From the human T2T-CHM13v2.0 reference genome, Homo sapiens: DNA of 64,000 bases. Location: NCBI RefSeq assembly GCF_009914755.1, contig NC_060931.1. One strand, given 5' to 3'. Within the stretch, counting starts at the first letter, position 1, and each line of letters opens with the position of its first letter. A program made the position numbers and the translations under genes. Positions 45,210 to 60,283 of this stretch are shown in pieces. The notes under the pieces were generated by a model that ran no database searches, was not told the origin of the DNA, and saw only the letters and a list, made by a program, of their open reading frames with translations.

Positions 45210-46162
45210 TTAAAAATTTATTTTATGTTTATTTCAATCGTTTTTGAGGAACAGGTGGTTTGGGGTTACATGGGTAAGTTCTTTAGTGGTGATTTCTGAG
45301 GTGTCGGTTCACCCATCACCTGTGCAGTATACACTGTACCCCATGTGTAATCTTTTATCCTTCATCCCCCTCCCAGCCTTCCCCCCAAGTCCCCAAAGTC
45401 CATTATATCATTCTTATGCCTTTGCACCCTCATAGCTGAGCTCCCACTTAAAAGCGAGAACATACGATACTTGGTTTTCCATTCTTGAGTTACTTCACTT
45501 AGAATAATGGTCTCCAACTCTGTCCAGGTTGCTGTGAATGCCATTGTTTCATTCATTTCTTATGGCTGAGTAGTATTCCATGGTGTATATATACCACATT
45601 TTCTTTCTCTACTCCTTGGTTGATGAACATTTAGGCTGGTTCCATATTTTTGCAATTGTGAGTTGTACTGCTATAGGCGTGCGTGCCAGTGTCTTTTTCG
45701 TATAATGACTTATCTTCTGCTGGGTAGATACACAGTAGTGGGGTGGCTGGATCAAATGGTAGATCTACTTTTAGTTCTTTAAGGAATCTCCACACTGTTT
45801 TCCATAGTGGTTATACTAGTTTACATTCCTACAAGCAGTGTAGAAGTGCTCCCTTTTCACCATATCCATGCCAACATCTATTATTTTTTGATTTTTTAAT
45901 TATGGCCATTTGTGCAGGAGTAAGGTGGTATTGCATTGTGGTTTTAATTTGCATTTCCCTGATCATTAGTGATGTTGAGCATTTTTTATATGTTTGTTGG
46001 CCATTTGTATACCTTCTTTTTAAAATTTTCTATTCATGTCCTTAGCCCACTTTTTGATGGGATTATTTGTTTTTTTCTTGCTGATTTGTTTGAGTTCCTT
46101 GTACATTCTGGATAGTAGTACTGTGTCAGATACATAGTTTGCAAATATTTTCTCCCGCTTTG
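45210..46162 (-). mobile_element. L1PB-type 3' fragment
   Basis: ggaacaggtggtttggggttacatgggtaagttctttagtggtgatttctgag (L1PB1-like 3' end); TSD caacacatgtatctctt / caacacatgcatctctt. Confidence 0.92.
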
Positions 46163-46846
46163 ACAACACATGCATCTCTTGATTTCCATTTCTTTTCAAG
46201 AAAATAGTGACTTGCTTATGAAAGGCATATACCAATCATAAACTGAGCTGGAACTCTCAGCGGGGTCTTTATCCTCCCTGCCCTGGTTCTTGACACTCCC
46301 CTCCCTGCTGTGGCTATAAAGCTTCAGGCCCAGGGAGTAGCCGGTGTGTCTCTTATGCCAATTCCTCTTATGTGACTCTTTCAGCAATTTAACCTTTCTT
46401 TTTCTATTTTCTTAAAGCATTAAATGGAGACCTATAAATGTTACTTCATGGATAGCTGCAAAGATTAAATGAATTTATATTGGAAAGTTGTTTAAAACAG
46501 CCCAGCTGGTAACAAGAACTGTGTAAGTATGACCAATTGTTTCTGTTTGGTCCATTGATCTACTTATTCTGTCTCCACATCCATGTGGGGTATAGTCATC
46601 AGAATTACTAAGACTTTATAATAAGTGCCATCTAGTTAGACAGAAATGTTCCTCTTCATGATTGTCTTGTTAGTCTTGGTGTTTTAATGCTTTCATAATA
46701 TTTGCTCCTACCTATTTTACTAATTAATATATGCAGAAACTCACAACTCACACAGTACAGATCACATAAAATATCATCTTCATCCTTCCCACCCTATTTC
46801 CCCGAAGGTTATGACATGCACCTGTTGAGTATATATGTTCTCCAGG

Positions 46847-47359
<513 letters not shown>

Positions 47360-49629
47360 TAGGATCTTTAATGCCAAGGATGTAAAACTAATGGATGTGG
47401 GGAGATTTTTAGCTAAGAAATGAAAGGTTTTATTCTGGATCTTGGCCTTTACACATTGCAATTATTTTGCTGAAGTTCATTCATGTATTAATCGCGATGA
47501 GTACTGAGACCCTATCTTGTGTAAAGGTAAGTATGGAAAAGTACTCATCCTTGAGTCTTCTGGGCTGGTGGGCACGGCCGACACTTAAGTGAATAACTGA
47601 TGTATAAAACACTAAGTGTGATCACAGATATAGGTCCAGGGGCTGCGGAACAGGAGCCGGAGCCATGGAGAGGAGCAAAGGAGATGACAGGAGGAAGCGC
47701 AGGCTTGGAAAATCCTTGGTAGAGAGCACAGATTTAGAGGAGAAGGCAGACCAGGAGTTCCCCCACTAAAGGGCATCCTAAACAGAAGGAAGGAGACAAA
47801 GGCAGACAGAGGACCATGGAAGGCCATGACGGTGCCTGAAAGCAGTCACGATCCCAGCGTCACAGACCAGAGTCAGGGCTGTCAGAGAGGCCGCCCAGGG
47901 CACGAAGGAACGTGCTCGCTGCACAGAGCGACTTTACATTTAAATTCTTTCTTTTGGGCAATTAAGGGACCACAGAGGACATGAGGCTGAGGTGCAGCTA
48001 CTCCAGGGTCCCTGCACCTGCAGATATGGGCCCGAGATGGCAGCAAAACGGGGAGCAGGAGGACCCACGGGAGGGTGGATGAACCCTGGATTCTGCAAAG
48101 TCACAGTCGTCATGTCTCACAGTTGCTGGCAGGGACTGCGTGAGCGTGTGGGTCCCCCGGCTCTCTCTGTGCCAGACAACCATACACGTGGGAAGAGCCA
48201 TCACTTACCACTCTGCAAACCACATTAAGTGAGGGCCTGTGGCTTCCGACAGTTGCTTTCCTTCATGTTGCTCTGATGGAACCACCAGGGACATCAAGCC
48301 CAAGCCCTTGGGCTCATTAGCATGGTGCTGGGACAAGTCCCCCAAACAAACGGGCACAGGTTCCAGGCTATTTTTATTTCCATCCGACTCAGCACAGCCT
48401 AATAACCCTTGGTGTGCAATGAAAAACACCACACTTGCGTGCAAGAGCCTATTGATGTCCTGTAATATCAGGGTAGGCAGCTACCTGCTCTCTTCCAGTG
48501 CTTACTGTTGGGCTGGAAGAATGATACTGGAAACAGTGAGCCAACTCTGTGATGTAAGCCTCTCAGCAGGGAGATCTGTGCAATTCATGCATTACAAATG
48601 CACAATCAGGGAGCTTTCTCATGACAAAAAGGAATCAAATCCTGTCTATTATTGAGAAGTCCTCCTTTAGGTGAGCAGCAAAGCGCAGGCGGCTTTGCAA
48701 AGCAGCAGCATGCTGTTAGCAAGGTCTGGAGGGCCACACCTCTGGAAAGGATGTTTGTCATGATACAAACATATAAACTAACACCATGGATAAGCAATTG
48801 ATTCTTCAAAGAAGAGCCTTTCTCATGAAAATCCTGAAATAATATATGGAGTTTAGGGGGAATGAACAGAACTGCAAGTGGATATAAGCTCTTCCATCTT
48901 GCCAGTTTTCCCTTATGTAATAATTTCCTTCTATTGACATAAGGAATAATGTTTCATAGCCTACTGCTTTTCCTCCCCAAGCCTCATTGCACTTTTGCAA
49001 TGCCAGGAAACTCTAATCAGTACACTCTACCCTCTGGTGTCCACACTCAAAAAGCACATCACCCTGTTTTTTTCCCTCCAACATTAGCATGTGTACCAGG
49101 CATGTGGATGAAAATTATTAGCTACTAGGGGGATTGTATTGTTTGCTTAAAACTGTTGATTTTTCTGTTTTCAAGGGATCGAGATTTTAGACTAATTTAA
49201 CTAGCTGCATTTTTCCCTTGTATCACACAGGGAAGTTGAAGAAAGACGAAAGCCCCCTCTCTTTTCCCCAGCAGTAAGACAACGGTGTCCTCTTTTACTC
49301 TCATTTGAAGACATCCTAGAACATAACTTATGTGAAGGCTTAGTATAAAATATGGGCACAAACAGGATCCAACATAATAAAATGTTTTTAGCGGAGGAAA
49401 ATGATATCTGGCATTTGTTTCAAATCATAGTGGTAGTGAAATGGATGAAACGAGATTGCCGAAGCCTTGATAATTATACAGCTGGGTCATGGGTACAACC
49501 GGCTTATTGCCTAATTCCCTCCACTTTTCCGTATGTTTGGAAATTTCCAGGAATCAAGTTTTTCCCCATCTTAGTCTGATGCAGACTGAGCTACTATGTC
49601 TGAAGGATAAAGATGTGACATTCTAACAT

Positions 49630-49850
49630 GTGAACCAGGGCAGTGGAAGGAATACGGCTTTAGAAATCAGAAACACGTGAATTCTCACCCTGCTTCGAAC
49701 TCTCGCTGACTGCGAGGCCTTCGGAGGGTCACTCCATCTCTCTTCATCTAAGCTAGTTTCCATATTTGTAAAATGAGAATAATGAAACCTCCCACACAAG
49801 GTTATTCCGGGGATAAAGAAAGGGAAAATGCCTGGCACACAGAAGGCAAA
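49630..49850 (-). mobile_element. MIR SINE
   Basis: ggctttagaaatcagaa...gtttccatatttgtaaaatgagaataatgaaacctccc...gcctggcacacagaaggca. Confidence 0.75.
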
Positions 49851-50986
49851 TGACGTAGCTTCCCTTTCTCCTTTTTCCAGCAGCCCTCAGATAAATAAAT
49901 CCCAATGGTCAAAAAAATACAACCAGTATGAATAACTCATTAGGAATAACCCTGGCAAACCCTGATTGAGACATTTTGTTTGCTCTATTTCAGTCTTTCA
50001 TGGTGAAATTCATCATAACATCATTCCACCTTTATCAGCAAAAAACAAATAAAATAGCATGCATGCACATACATGATAAGCTACTATTTTATACTATATG
50101 TTGTCTTGATTGGTTTTATATTCAAGCGTTCCTGCTCAATAGCACTGATGTATCTCAGGCCTCTATTATTTCAAAGAGGATGGATTAAAGTCAATATGAA
50201 AGAACAGCTATTAATGCCATACTATCTTTATATAATACAGTTCATCTGGCAATTTCCAGAGTTTGGCCCATGGGTAATTCACTTATTGGGAATGGTTTGA
50301 GTGAACACTACAAATACAGTTTCCCATACCTTCAATTAACCAAATGATGTGAAGAATTATCTGTGCTAATTTAAATTTTCTGTTAAACTAAGCATTAAAC
50401 AGAGGGCTGTCTTTGTTTATAGTGGATTTTAATGAAGGAAACTGACTTAGCTATTTTCCTTAAGAATTTTGCATGACCTCATTAATTAATTATGTCATTC
50501 AGGAAAAAAAATCTTAGAGAAGCAAATATAGAAGTTGATGGAAAATTTGACAGCATGTATATTAGAGGCAAGCCTTTTGCCAATTAGCATGTCATCTAAC
50601 TGATCACATAAAACACTTAAAATTTGTCAGGACCTTTTAAAAATGAACAAAAATGTCATAAAATAATAGATGTATCACAACTATCTTCTGAGAAATAAAT
50701 GCATTTATTTGTCTCACTTTTTAAAGGAGAAAATCAAACCAAGGCTTAAGGTTTTCTTCCATATAATTAATTTGTGACCGAGCCAGGATTCAGAGCCAGG
50801 TGGTCTGACTGCCTAAGAAGCTCTTTCTGCCACTCACACCCTGCCAATCTCTGTACACAGTGAACGACACAGTCCACAATTACCTGATACCTCGGTATGG
50901 GGCTCTAGGGAAACTTTCTTCTCTTTTGCTGCCTTACCTAAATTCCTGATAGTACACAGTGAACGGCACAGTCCACAATTACCTGA

Positions 50987-51318
<332 letters not shown>

Positions 51319-51691
51319 CCATAGTTCTTTTTTTAAGTTGTCCAAATAATTGGGCATTTTGCAAAGCTACCTTTAAGAAGATGCCACTTGAAGGAGGAAT
51401 AAACACTGACTTGATTAATTCATCTAACTCTATCAGACACAGGAACACTGATTTGTTATTAAATGAAGTATCATCAAAAGAAGATAAATAACCAATGGTC
51501 CATGGCAACCTAGCTCTCAGTCAGGTTTAAATTTTTGAAAAAACAAAATACTGTGCTTAATTCCAAATAAGAATAAAAAATATAAATAATGGGCCAAAGA
51601 CTTTTAAAACTATAATTTGAACATTCTCGAAAATTATACTTTATTTTCAGACTCTGGAGTCCACAGTTTAACTCTTGAAAAGTAGTCACTA

Positions 51692-51782
51692 GAGCATGCT
51701 TGTATCAAAACATCTTATGTACCCCATAAATATATACTAGGTGCCCAAAAAATAAAAAAATTAAAAACTTTAATAAAAAGAA
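51692..51782 (+). mobile_element. Short L1MA-type 3' end
   Basis: catgcttgtatcaaaacatcttatgtaccccataaatatata plus A tail; degenerate TSD gaaaagtagtcactaga / gaaaaatagccaccaga. Confidence 0.8.
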
Positions 51783-52958
51783 AAATAGCCACCAGAAAAC
51801 ACTCTTCATTGAATTAGTCCTCTTAATTGATTTTTTGACTTTTATATTTTATTTCTAAGTCGATATGTTTTAAAAATAATGATTATGCAGGCTTTCCATT
51901 CAGAATATGGAAATCATCTGGAATTTGGTTTTAGGGGACTCTCTCTTGACCCAGCCGTGCCCTTCACTATTTTACAGTCCAATTATCTTCCTCCCACGGG
52001 GGCTGGAGCCCTGTGCATTACTTATGGGACAGGCTCTTAGATGTGTGGCATTGACATCTTTGTGGCTGGGTTTTTATCTGTCTCATAAAAGAGGTGTGTG
52101 CATGCCTGTGTCTGTGTCTGTGTCTGTGTGCATTTGTGTAAGTGCACGGGAGATCAAACCTCAATGTAATTTGACAATTCTCATAGGTTAATTTCCAATC
52201 ATCAGACTTTAAAGCAGTGAATTAAGCCTCTGGTGGCCCAATTTACTAAATTTCCAACAGTCAACATCTAGTCTCCAAGTGTCCTTCAGACCTAAGACCC
52301 GCCCGGCGCCGAGGCTGATCCCGTGGGCACCTGTTTGTGGGCTTAGCGGCATCTCTGCTTCTGGCCTTTATCCCCCCACCTGACACTCAGCAGCTGCTGT
52401 CTGGGAAGAGGAGGGCCTGTGCAGCAGCCCGGAAGAAACCCCCACACTCATCCCCCTGTGCTACGTGCCTCGGGTTCGTGTTAATCCGACTTTGGTCACC
52501 TCAGCCTCAACCACACCTGTGCTCCTGCCAAAGCCACCCTCCCTGCAGACACCAGCTGCCCTCCAATGCCGGGGCCACTGGGCCCTTTCCCAATTCAGGT
52601 TACTTGTCTGCTATGAGCCTGCCTTTTCTGCTTTCTTAGAGGTAGCTTTCTCCTGGATTCTAACAGCATCTTCTTCCCATCCTTTTTTCCAGGCCTTCCC
52701 TGAGGCCAGAAGCCTGTAAACATGGGAGTCACCCAGCTTGTTCTCCAGCCCTCTCCTCTTATTACACTGCCCATTGCTTCTGGGTAATCTCTCAATTCTT
52801 ATTACTCCAAGAATCAACAATAGAATAATAACCTCAAAATACAAACACCTCCACCACAGGATTGCTGTGTCAAGCCGATGCCTCCTCCCACAGTGGCCTG
52901 TGTTCAGCACAAATGTTGACACCCCTAAGGGCATCCTGCAGCTGCCCCTTCCCTGCTA

Positions 52959-53338
<380 letters not shown>

Positions 53339-53967
53339 CTCTTACACTGCTCTCCTTCTTTCCAGCAACATTACTGCTTTTTGGAAAATACCGAAATGGA
53401 AGCAGAAAAACAGAAATCTCATGTGTCTGCTTCCAATTTTCAAATGACTCCCCATGACCTTAAAAAAAGTCATCTGAGGCCTAAGCCCCATGGTGCCCTG
53501 CCCATCTCCGAGGGTCATTCTGAATGGCTTTGCCCCACATGCACGAGTCTCCAGGCCCACATACCTCCCTGAATACTCTGAGCTCTCCCTGATGCTGCTG
53601 CTTCTCTGATAACCATGGGGTTGTTGCCTCCACCTGAGATAGCTTTCTCCTCCTTCTCAAGGTTATCTCCCATTAACTCTTCAAGAATCATCCTAATCAT
53701 CGAATCTCCCAGAAAACTCTCCCTGACACCCTTGAAGCTGAATGAAGTGTCCCTCCTCTCGCTCCCATGGGCTCCTTTGCATTTTCTCAGATAACAATAA
53801 GATAAGGTGATGTGTTTGACTTGAAGGCAAGGACTGCTTTATTTATGCAGTACCATGTATTGAAGCCCTAGTACTTGTGAAACGATTAATATATAGGTTT
53901 AAAAAAACTAATCAATGTGTCTTCCTATTAGTTATTGGATATAAATTTCTTACCATGTGCCTCCAGC

Positions 53968-54185
53968 CCTGTGCTGCCCAATATGGTAGCCACTAGCCCC
54001 ATGTGGCTGGCTATTTAAATTTAAAATAGATGAAGGTTAAATAAAATTTAAAATTGAGTTCCTCAATCTCACAGGCCTCATTCCAAGCACTCAACAGCCA
54101 TATGGGGCAAGTGGCTATTGGATTGGATGGTATAGATAGACAGCCTTTCTGTCACCAGAGAGTGCTAACCAACTGCACTATTCTA
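53968..54185. mobile_element. MER3 hAT-Charlie MITE
   Basis: ctgtgctgcccaatatggtagccactagccccatgtggct...atttaaatttaaa...gcactcaacagccatatgg. Confidence 0.8.
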
Positions 54186-54721
54186 GACTCTTCATGGGAC
54201 AGACACAGCTCATTTATTTGCTCACATGCCTGTCTCTCCCCAGACTGACACTCAAAAGCATTTCTGTATCCCATGGTGTCAGCCTTGCATCAGGCCATGG
54301 TTGGTATCGAGTAAAAGTTTGTTATAGATGAATGAATAAAATCTTTATTGTACAATATCCACTATGATTTATCTTCCCTGTTCAGGAAGGTGACCTTGCC
54401 CTTCTACATGAGACTCTCACTTTCTTCGCTCCTACTCTTGTCTCTGCCAAACTCTAGCACCCTTGAAGGTCCTGCTCAGGAGCCCCTTCCCACACACCCC
54501 TCCCACCACTTAAGCTGCCTCACTCACTCCATTCGCAATGGCAGTTTCCCATGTGAATGCCTGCAGGGCTGACCGCTGCATGCCCCTCAGCTTGGTGGGT
54601 GTTCTTCGTGGCATAGAGCACATGCGTGTTAACCTGGCTCCAGGGCACAACAGCAGAGGGCTCTGTTCAGTAGGGACAAGTCCATTTAATTGCAATGTGG
54701 CATCATTGTAAAAAAATCTGA

Positions 54722-55071
<350 letters not shown>

Positions 55072-55693
55072 TCACAGAAGTGTGAAGGTGAGGCTTAGAA
55101 GAATGTGAGGGTCTCCAACAGGAAAAATTACGGGTATTCTGGGCCTGCTTAAGGCCAGTGGGATACCAAGGCGGCTTCTTAGGAGGATAAAACAACTCAC
55201 CTCCTGAAGCCCTCATGCAGGCCAGTCAGAAGACATCCTTGGCCCCCAGGAACTTGCCCCATTCCCTGAGGAAAACCCAGTCCCTGAGTAAAACCTGAGT
55301 CCAACTCAGGGCCTCTATGCCACTGATGTCGGTGGAACACAGGACTCAGGCTTCTCCAAGGAGCTCTAGGGGCTGAGTGACAGGCAGGTGTATTTATACC
55401 ATTGGCCTGGTCCTAATTTGTGCCTTTTGCCATTATACCTTGATGGACAATTTGCTTACAATTTCTGCTCTCGGGGGTGGGGGTACTAGGACCATGGTGT
55501 AACTGCTTACGTAGTGGTATTCAGTAGGGCCTGGCCTGTGCACCCGGCCAGTGAGGACAGCAAAGAGGACAGAGCTCCACTTCACTGCTGGTTGTGTTTT
55601 CCTTGGGCCCTTCCTGTTTTGTTCTTACTGGGGGGAATGTTGGAATGGAATGTGGGCACTCAGGCTGTATTGTTTTCACCCTGTATGGCAGCC

Positions 55694-55773
55694 AGTGATG
55701 GGAGGTGTCCCTGCTTGCTCCCAGGGCCCTCTAAGAGTGATGGGAGGTGTCCCTGCTTGCTCCCAGGGCCCTC
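55694..55773. repeat. Two-copy tandem duplication, period 42 bp
   Basis: agtgatgggaggtgtccctgcttgctcccagggccctc occurs identically at 55694-55731 and 55736-55773. Confidence 0.95.
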
Positions 55774-57206
55774 ACAGCCTTGCCCCTTCTTCCGGTCTAT
55801 TTCATCTCTGCCTTGTTGGAGCTGGTTTAAGTGGCAGTGATGTCTGTCCTTGCAGCTGCTGCTCATCACAAGCAGCTATGATTACAGGTAAGATAGTGAC
55901 GATGGTGAGGATGGTGTGTCATGATAATGCTATGGAAATTCAGATGCAGGAACAGTCACCCATTTAGGGAGTTGAGACAGGTAGATGAGGTTGCTGCTTT
56001 GGAGGTGACAGCATTAGAATGGGACCTGAAAGGAGGGGTGCATTTTGAGAGGAAGCTCTTGTAAGGAAAAGGCATTTGAGGATGAGACGCTGCAAGGTCT
56101 GCAGAACCACTTTGTCCTAATGGAGATTCCCTCCCTGGCCAGTCCTGTTCCTGTCTGTGCAACGTGCTTGCGGTGCAGGCCCTGACAACACAACTGACTC
56201 CAAGTGGCTGGGCCATGTGACCAGTGCTGGATCAACCAGAAACCCTGAATGAGATTTCACATGTAGACCCTGGGAGAGAGCATGCCTCTGTCTTCCTCTC
56301 TCGTTAGGAAGTGTAAAACTTCATGAGCTTAGAGCAGAAACTACCTTTGCTATCTGCTTGAGATTAACACCCACAGAGGAAAGTAAATCTGAGAGTTAGG
56401 GAGACAGACAGAAAGAGTTTTGGGAATATCATGTCAGCATGTCAGCACCACATCCCAGATAAGAGTGAAGTCCCACAGCCTCTGGTCTTCAGTTCTAAAG
56501 AACAATAGGTTACTTTAGTAGAGGTAGTGGTTTGCTATACAATTTGTGCCTTTTTTTTTCTCTGTAGGTCGTCGTGGAATGTGTCTATCACTGAGAGCTG
56601 AAAGAAAACTGACCAAGACAAGTTCAATGGCCATGAAATGAACCATGAGCAAATGTCCAGAGGTGGGAAGGCATGGGGTGGATTCCGGGCACTTGACGCT
56701 GCCCAGCTTGCTGATGTGCAAAAGGTCTGCTGGAGACTCACAGAAGAGCGTAGCAGGGAAGAGCTCTGGTCAGATGGCAGGACGGGCCAGTGCAATGATT
56801 GCGAGGGCCCCAACAATCAAGACCAGGAGGTTCTGCTGTGTGGTGAGCACATTGTCAGCCTGAACGGGGAGTGGGACAGAGGTGTATGGGGGTACAGGGT
56901 AGATGAGTGTCCCCTCCCTGCAGCAGGGCTCTGTTTGTCCTACCATTGAACAACTCGCTGGGGTTTCCCCACTCTGATCAGCCCAGGACTCTGCTTGCTA
57001 GCTGGGTTGCAAAAGCTCCTGGACCCTTTTCTTCTCAAACCAATTATCTCTTCCTGGGCTTTGCGTTTGCTCTAGGGCTCTTCTCATTCTTGGATGCTCT
57101 AGCTGTGCTCTGTCCCTGGAGGCTTCCCGAGACTCATGAGTATCAGCTCCTGACATGATTCTCCTTCACTGTCTTTTTTATTAGGGTTTCATGCAGACTC
57201 TCATGC

Positions 57207-57275
57207 ACCTGCCGTCGGAAGATTTGAACTTTCTTCTAGGACACCTAATATCCACAGTACTCCAGGTGGGTCCTA
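57207..57275 (-). mobile_element. Short HERV-E-like pol module at the array's left boundary
   Basis: acctgccgtcggaagatttgaactttc...cacagtactccaggtgggtcc, same as the right end of the long copies. Confidence 0.85.
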
Positions 57276-57888
57276 AGGATCTGAGGATCCACGATGGGGG
57301 TCCTAAGCCAGGGGTGGAAGAGGGGCTGGCTCTCAGTCCCCGCCTCGCAGGAGGTGCCTCCCCCCGCTGCAATGGGGGTCCTAAGAGCCAGAGGGGGAAA
57401 AGGGAGTGGCTCTCAGTCCCTGCCTCGCGGGGGGTGCCTCCCCCACTTGCGATGGGGGTACTAACAACCAGGGGCGGAAGAGGGGATAGCTCTCAGTCCC
57501 CACCCTCGTGGGGGGTGCTTCCACCTCCTGCGATGGGGGTCCTCAGAGCCAGGGGGGGAAGAGGGACTGGCTCTCAGTCCCTGCCTCGTGGGGAGTGCCT
57601 CCGCCCCCAGCGATAGGGATCCTAAGAGCAAAGGGGGGAAGAGGGGCTCGCTCTCAGTCCCCGCGTCGCGAGGGGTGCCTCCCCCCCTGCGATGGGGGTG
57701 CAAAGAGCGAGGGGGGGAAGGGGGACGTTCGCAGTCCCCGCCTCGGGGGGATTGCCTGCCCCCCTGCGATGGTGGTCCCAAGAGCCAGGGGGGGAAGAGG
57801 GGTTGGCTCTGAGTCCCCGCCTCGCGGGGGGTGCCTCCCACCCCGCGATGCAGGTCCCAACAACCGGGGGGAAGAGGGGATGGATCTC

Positions 57889-58490
57889 AGCCATCACAAA
57901 ATAGGGGGCCTTTATGTTCAGGTTTTGCCCAAGAATCAGCTTATTTGCTTCTTGTACTAGCAGGGCAGTTGCTGCCAAGGCCCTCAAATAGGGGGGCCAT
58001 CCTTTAGCAACTAAAAACCTAGTTGTTTAGAGACGTAGGCTACCGGCCTCAGCCAGGGCCCCACAGTTTGGGTTAAAAGTCCAGCTGCCATCTTTTCTCT
58101 CTCTGACGCATACAATGGAAAAGGCTTTGTCAGATCGGGTAGCCCCAGGGCTGGGGCTGCCAGAAGATTTTCTTGTAACTCATGAAAAACTTGCTGTTGT
58201 TGGGATCCCCATTTCAAAACTTCCATGTCCCCGCCCCCTTTGTGACCTCATACAAAGGCTTGGCTAATACTGCAGTTTGGGATCCACAGTCTACAAAATC
58301 CCACAGCTCCTAAGAATTCTCTCACCTGCCTTCTGCCCTTAAGCTCCGGTAGATTGCAAATAACCTGCTTTCTTTCTGTTCCCGAGCTGCCTTCGGACCC
58401 GTCGGATCGTAAATCCCACGTAAGGTACCTGCCGTCGGAAGATTTGAACTTTCTACTTGGACACCTAATACCCACAGTCCTCCAGGTGGG
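57889..58490 (-). pseudogene. Gammaretroviral (HERV-E-like) pol fragment, long copy 1 (RT thumb/connection), frameshifted
   Basis: ERKQVICNLPELKGRRQVREFLGAVGFCRLWIPN and WGSQQQQVFHELQENLLAAPALGLPDLTKPFPLY...RPVAYVSKQL, split across frames. Confidence 0.9.
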
Positions 58491-58798
58491 TCCTAAGGAT
58501 CCTAGGATCAACGAAGGGGGCCCTAAGCCGGTGGGGGAAGAGGGTCTGGCTCTCAGTCCCCGCCTCGTGGGGGGTGCCTCCCCCCTCTGCGATGGGTGTC
58601 CTAAGAGCCAGTGGGGGAACAGGGGCTGGCTCTCAGTCCCTACCTCGCGGGGGGTGCCTCCCCCACCCTGCGATGGGGGTACTAACAGCCAGGGGCGGAA
58701 GAGGGGATAGCTCTCAGTCCCCACTCTCGTGGGGGGTGCCTCCCCCTCCTGTGATGGGGGTCCTCAGAGCCAGGGGGGGAAGAGGGACTGGCTCTCAG

Positions 58799-58882
58799 TA
58801 ATCCCACGTAAGGTACCTGCCGTCGGAAGATTTGAACTTTCTACTTGGACACCTAAAACCCACAGTCCTCCAGGTAGGTCCT
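58799..58882 (-). mobile_element. Short HERV-E-like pol module (further copies at ~59662-59745, 61278-61361, 61666-61749 and 63945-64000)
   Basis: taatcccacgtaaggtacctgccgtcggaagatttgaactttctacttggaca...cacagtcctccaggt repeated, always preceded by ggctctcag. Confidence 0.9.
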
Positions 58883-60283
58883 AAGGATCTTAGGATCAAC
58901 GATGGGGGTCCTAAGCCAGGGGGGGAAGAGGGTCTGGCTCTCAGTCCCCGCCTCACGGGGGGTGCCTCCCACCTCTGCCATGGGGGTCCTAAGAGCCAGT
59001 GGGGGAACCAGGGGCTGGCTCTCAGTCCCTGACTCGCGGGGGGTGCCTCCCCCGTTGCGATGGGGGTAGTAACAGCCAGGGGCGGAAGAGGGGATAGCTC
59101 TCAGTCCCCACCCTCGTGGGGGGTGCCTCCCCCTCCTGTGATGGGGGTCCTAAGAGCCGGGGGGGAAGAGGGACTGGCTCTCAGTCCCTGCCTCGCGGGG
59201 GGTGCCTCCGCCCCCAGCGATGGGGGTCCTAAGAGCAAAGGGGAGAAGAGGGGCTCGCTCTCAGTCCCCGCGTCGCGAGGGGTGCCTCCCCCCCTGCGAT
59301 GGGGGTGAAAAGAGCCAGGGGAGGAAACGGGGAGGTGTGCAGGCCCCGCCTCGCGGGAATTGCCTCCCCCCCCTGCGATGGTGGTCCGAAGAGCCAGGAG
59401 GGGAAGAGGGTCTGGCTCTCAGTCCCCGCCTTGCGGGGGGTGCGTCCCCCCTCTGCGATGGGGTCCCTAAGAGCCAGTGGGGGAACCAGGGGCTGGCTCT
59501 CAGTCCCTGCCTCGCGGGGGTGCCTCCCCCGCTGCGATGGGGGTACTAACAGCCAGGGGCGGAAGAGAGGATAGCTCTCAGTCGCCACTCTCGTGGGGGG
59601 TGCCTCCCCCTCCTGCGATGGGGGTCCGCAGAGCCGGGGGGGAAGAGGGACTGGCTCTCAGTAATCCCACGTAAGGTACCTGCCGTCGGAAGATTTGAAC
59701 TTTCTACTTGGACAACTAACACTCGCAGTCCTCCAGGTGGGTCCTAAGGATCTTAGGATCAGCGATGGGGGTCCTAAGCCAGGGGGTGAAGATGGTCTGG
59801 CTCTCAGTCCCCGCCTCGCGGGGGGTGCGTCCCCCCTCTGCGATGGGGTTCCTAAGAGCCAGTGGGGGAACCAGGGACTGGCTCTCAGTCCCTGCCTTGC
59901 GGGGGTTGCCTCTCCCCCCCTGCGATGGGGGTACCAACAGCCAGGGGCGGAAGAGGGGATAGCTCTCAGTCCCCACCCTCGCGGGGGGTGCCTCGCCCTC
60001 CTGCGATGGGGGTCCTCAGAGCCAGGGCGGGAAGAGGGACTGGCTCTCAGTCCCTGCCTCGCGGGGGGTGCCTCCGCCCCCAGCGATGGGGTCCTAAGAG
60101 CAAAGGTGGGAAGAGGGGCTCGCTCTCAGTCCCCGCGTCGCGAGGGGTGCTCCCCCCCTGCGATGGGGGTGCAAAGAGCCAGGGGGGGAAGAGGGGTTGG
60201 CTCTGAGTCCCCGCCTCGTGGGGGGTGCCTCCCCCCCCGCGATGGGAGTCCCAAGAGCCAGGGGGGAAGAGGGGATGGATCTC

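Noticed and set aside
57181-57188. TTAGGG at the array boundary as a telomere-healing scar
   Set aside because: A single hexamer is expected by chance many times in 64 kb.
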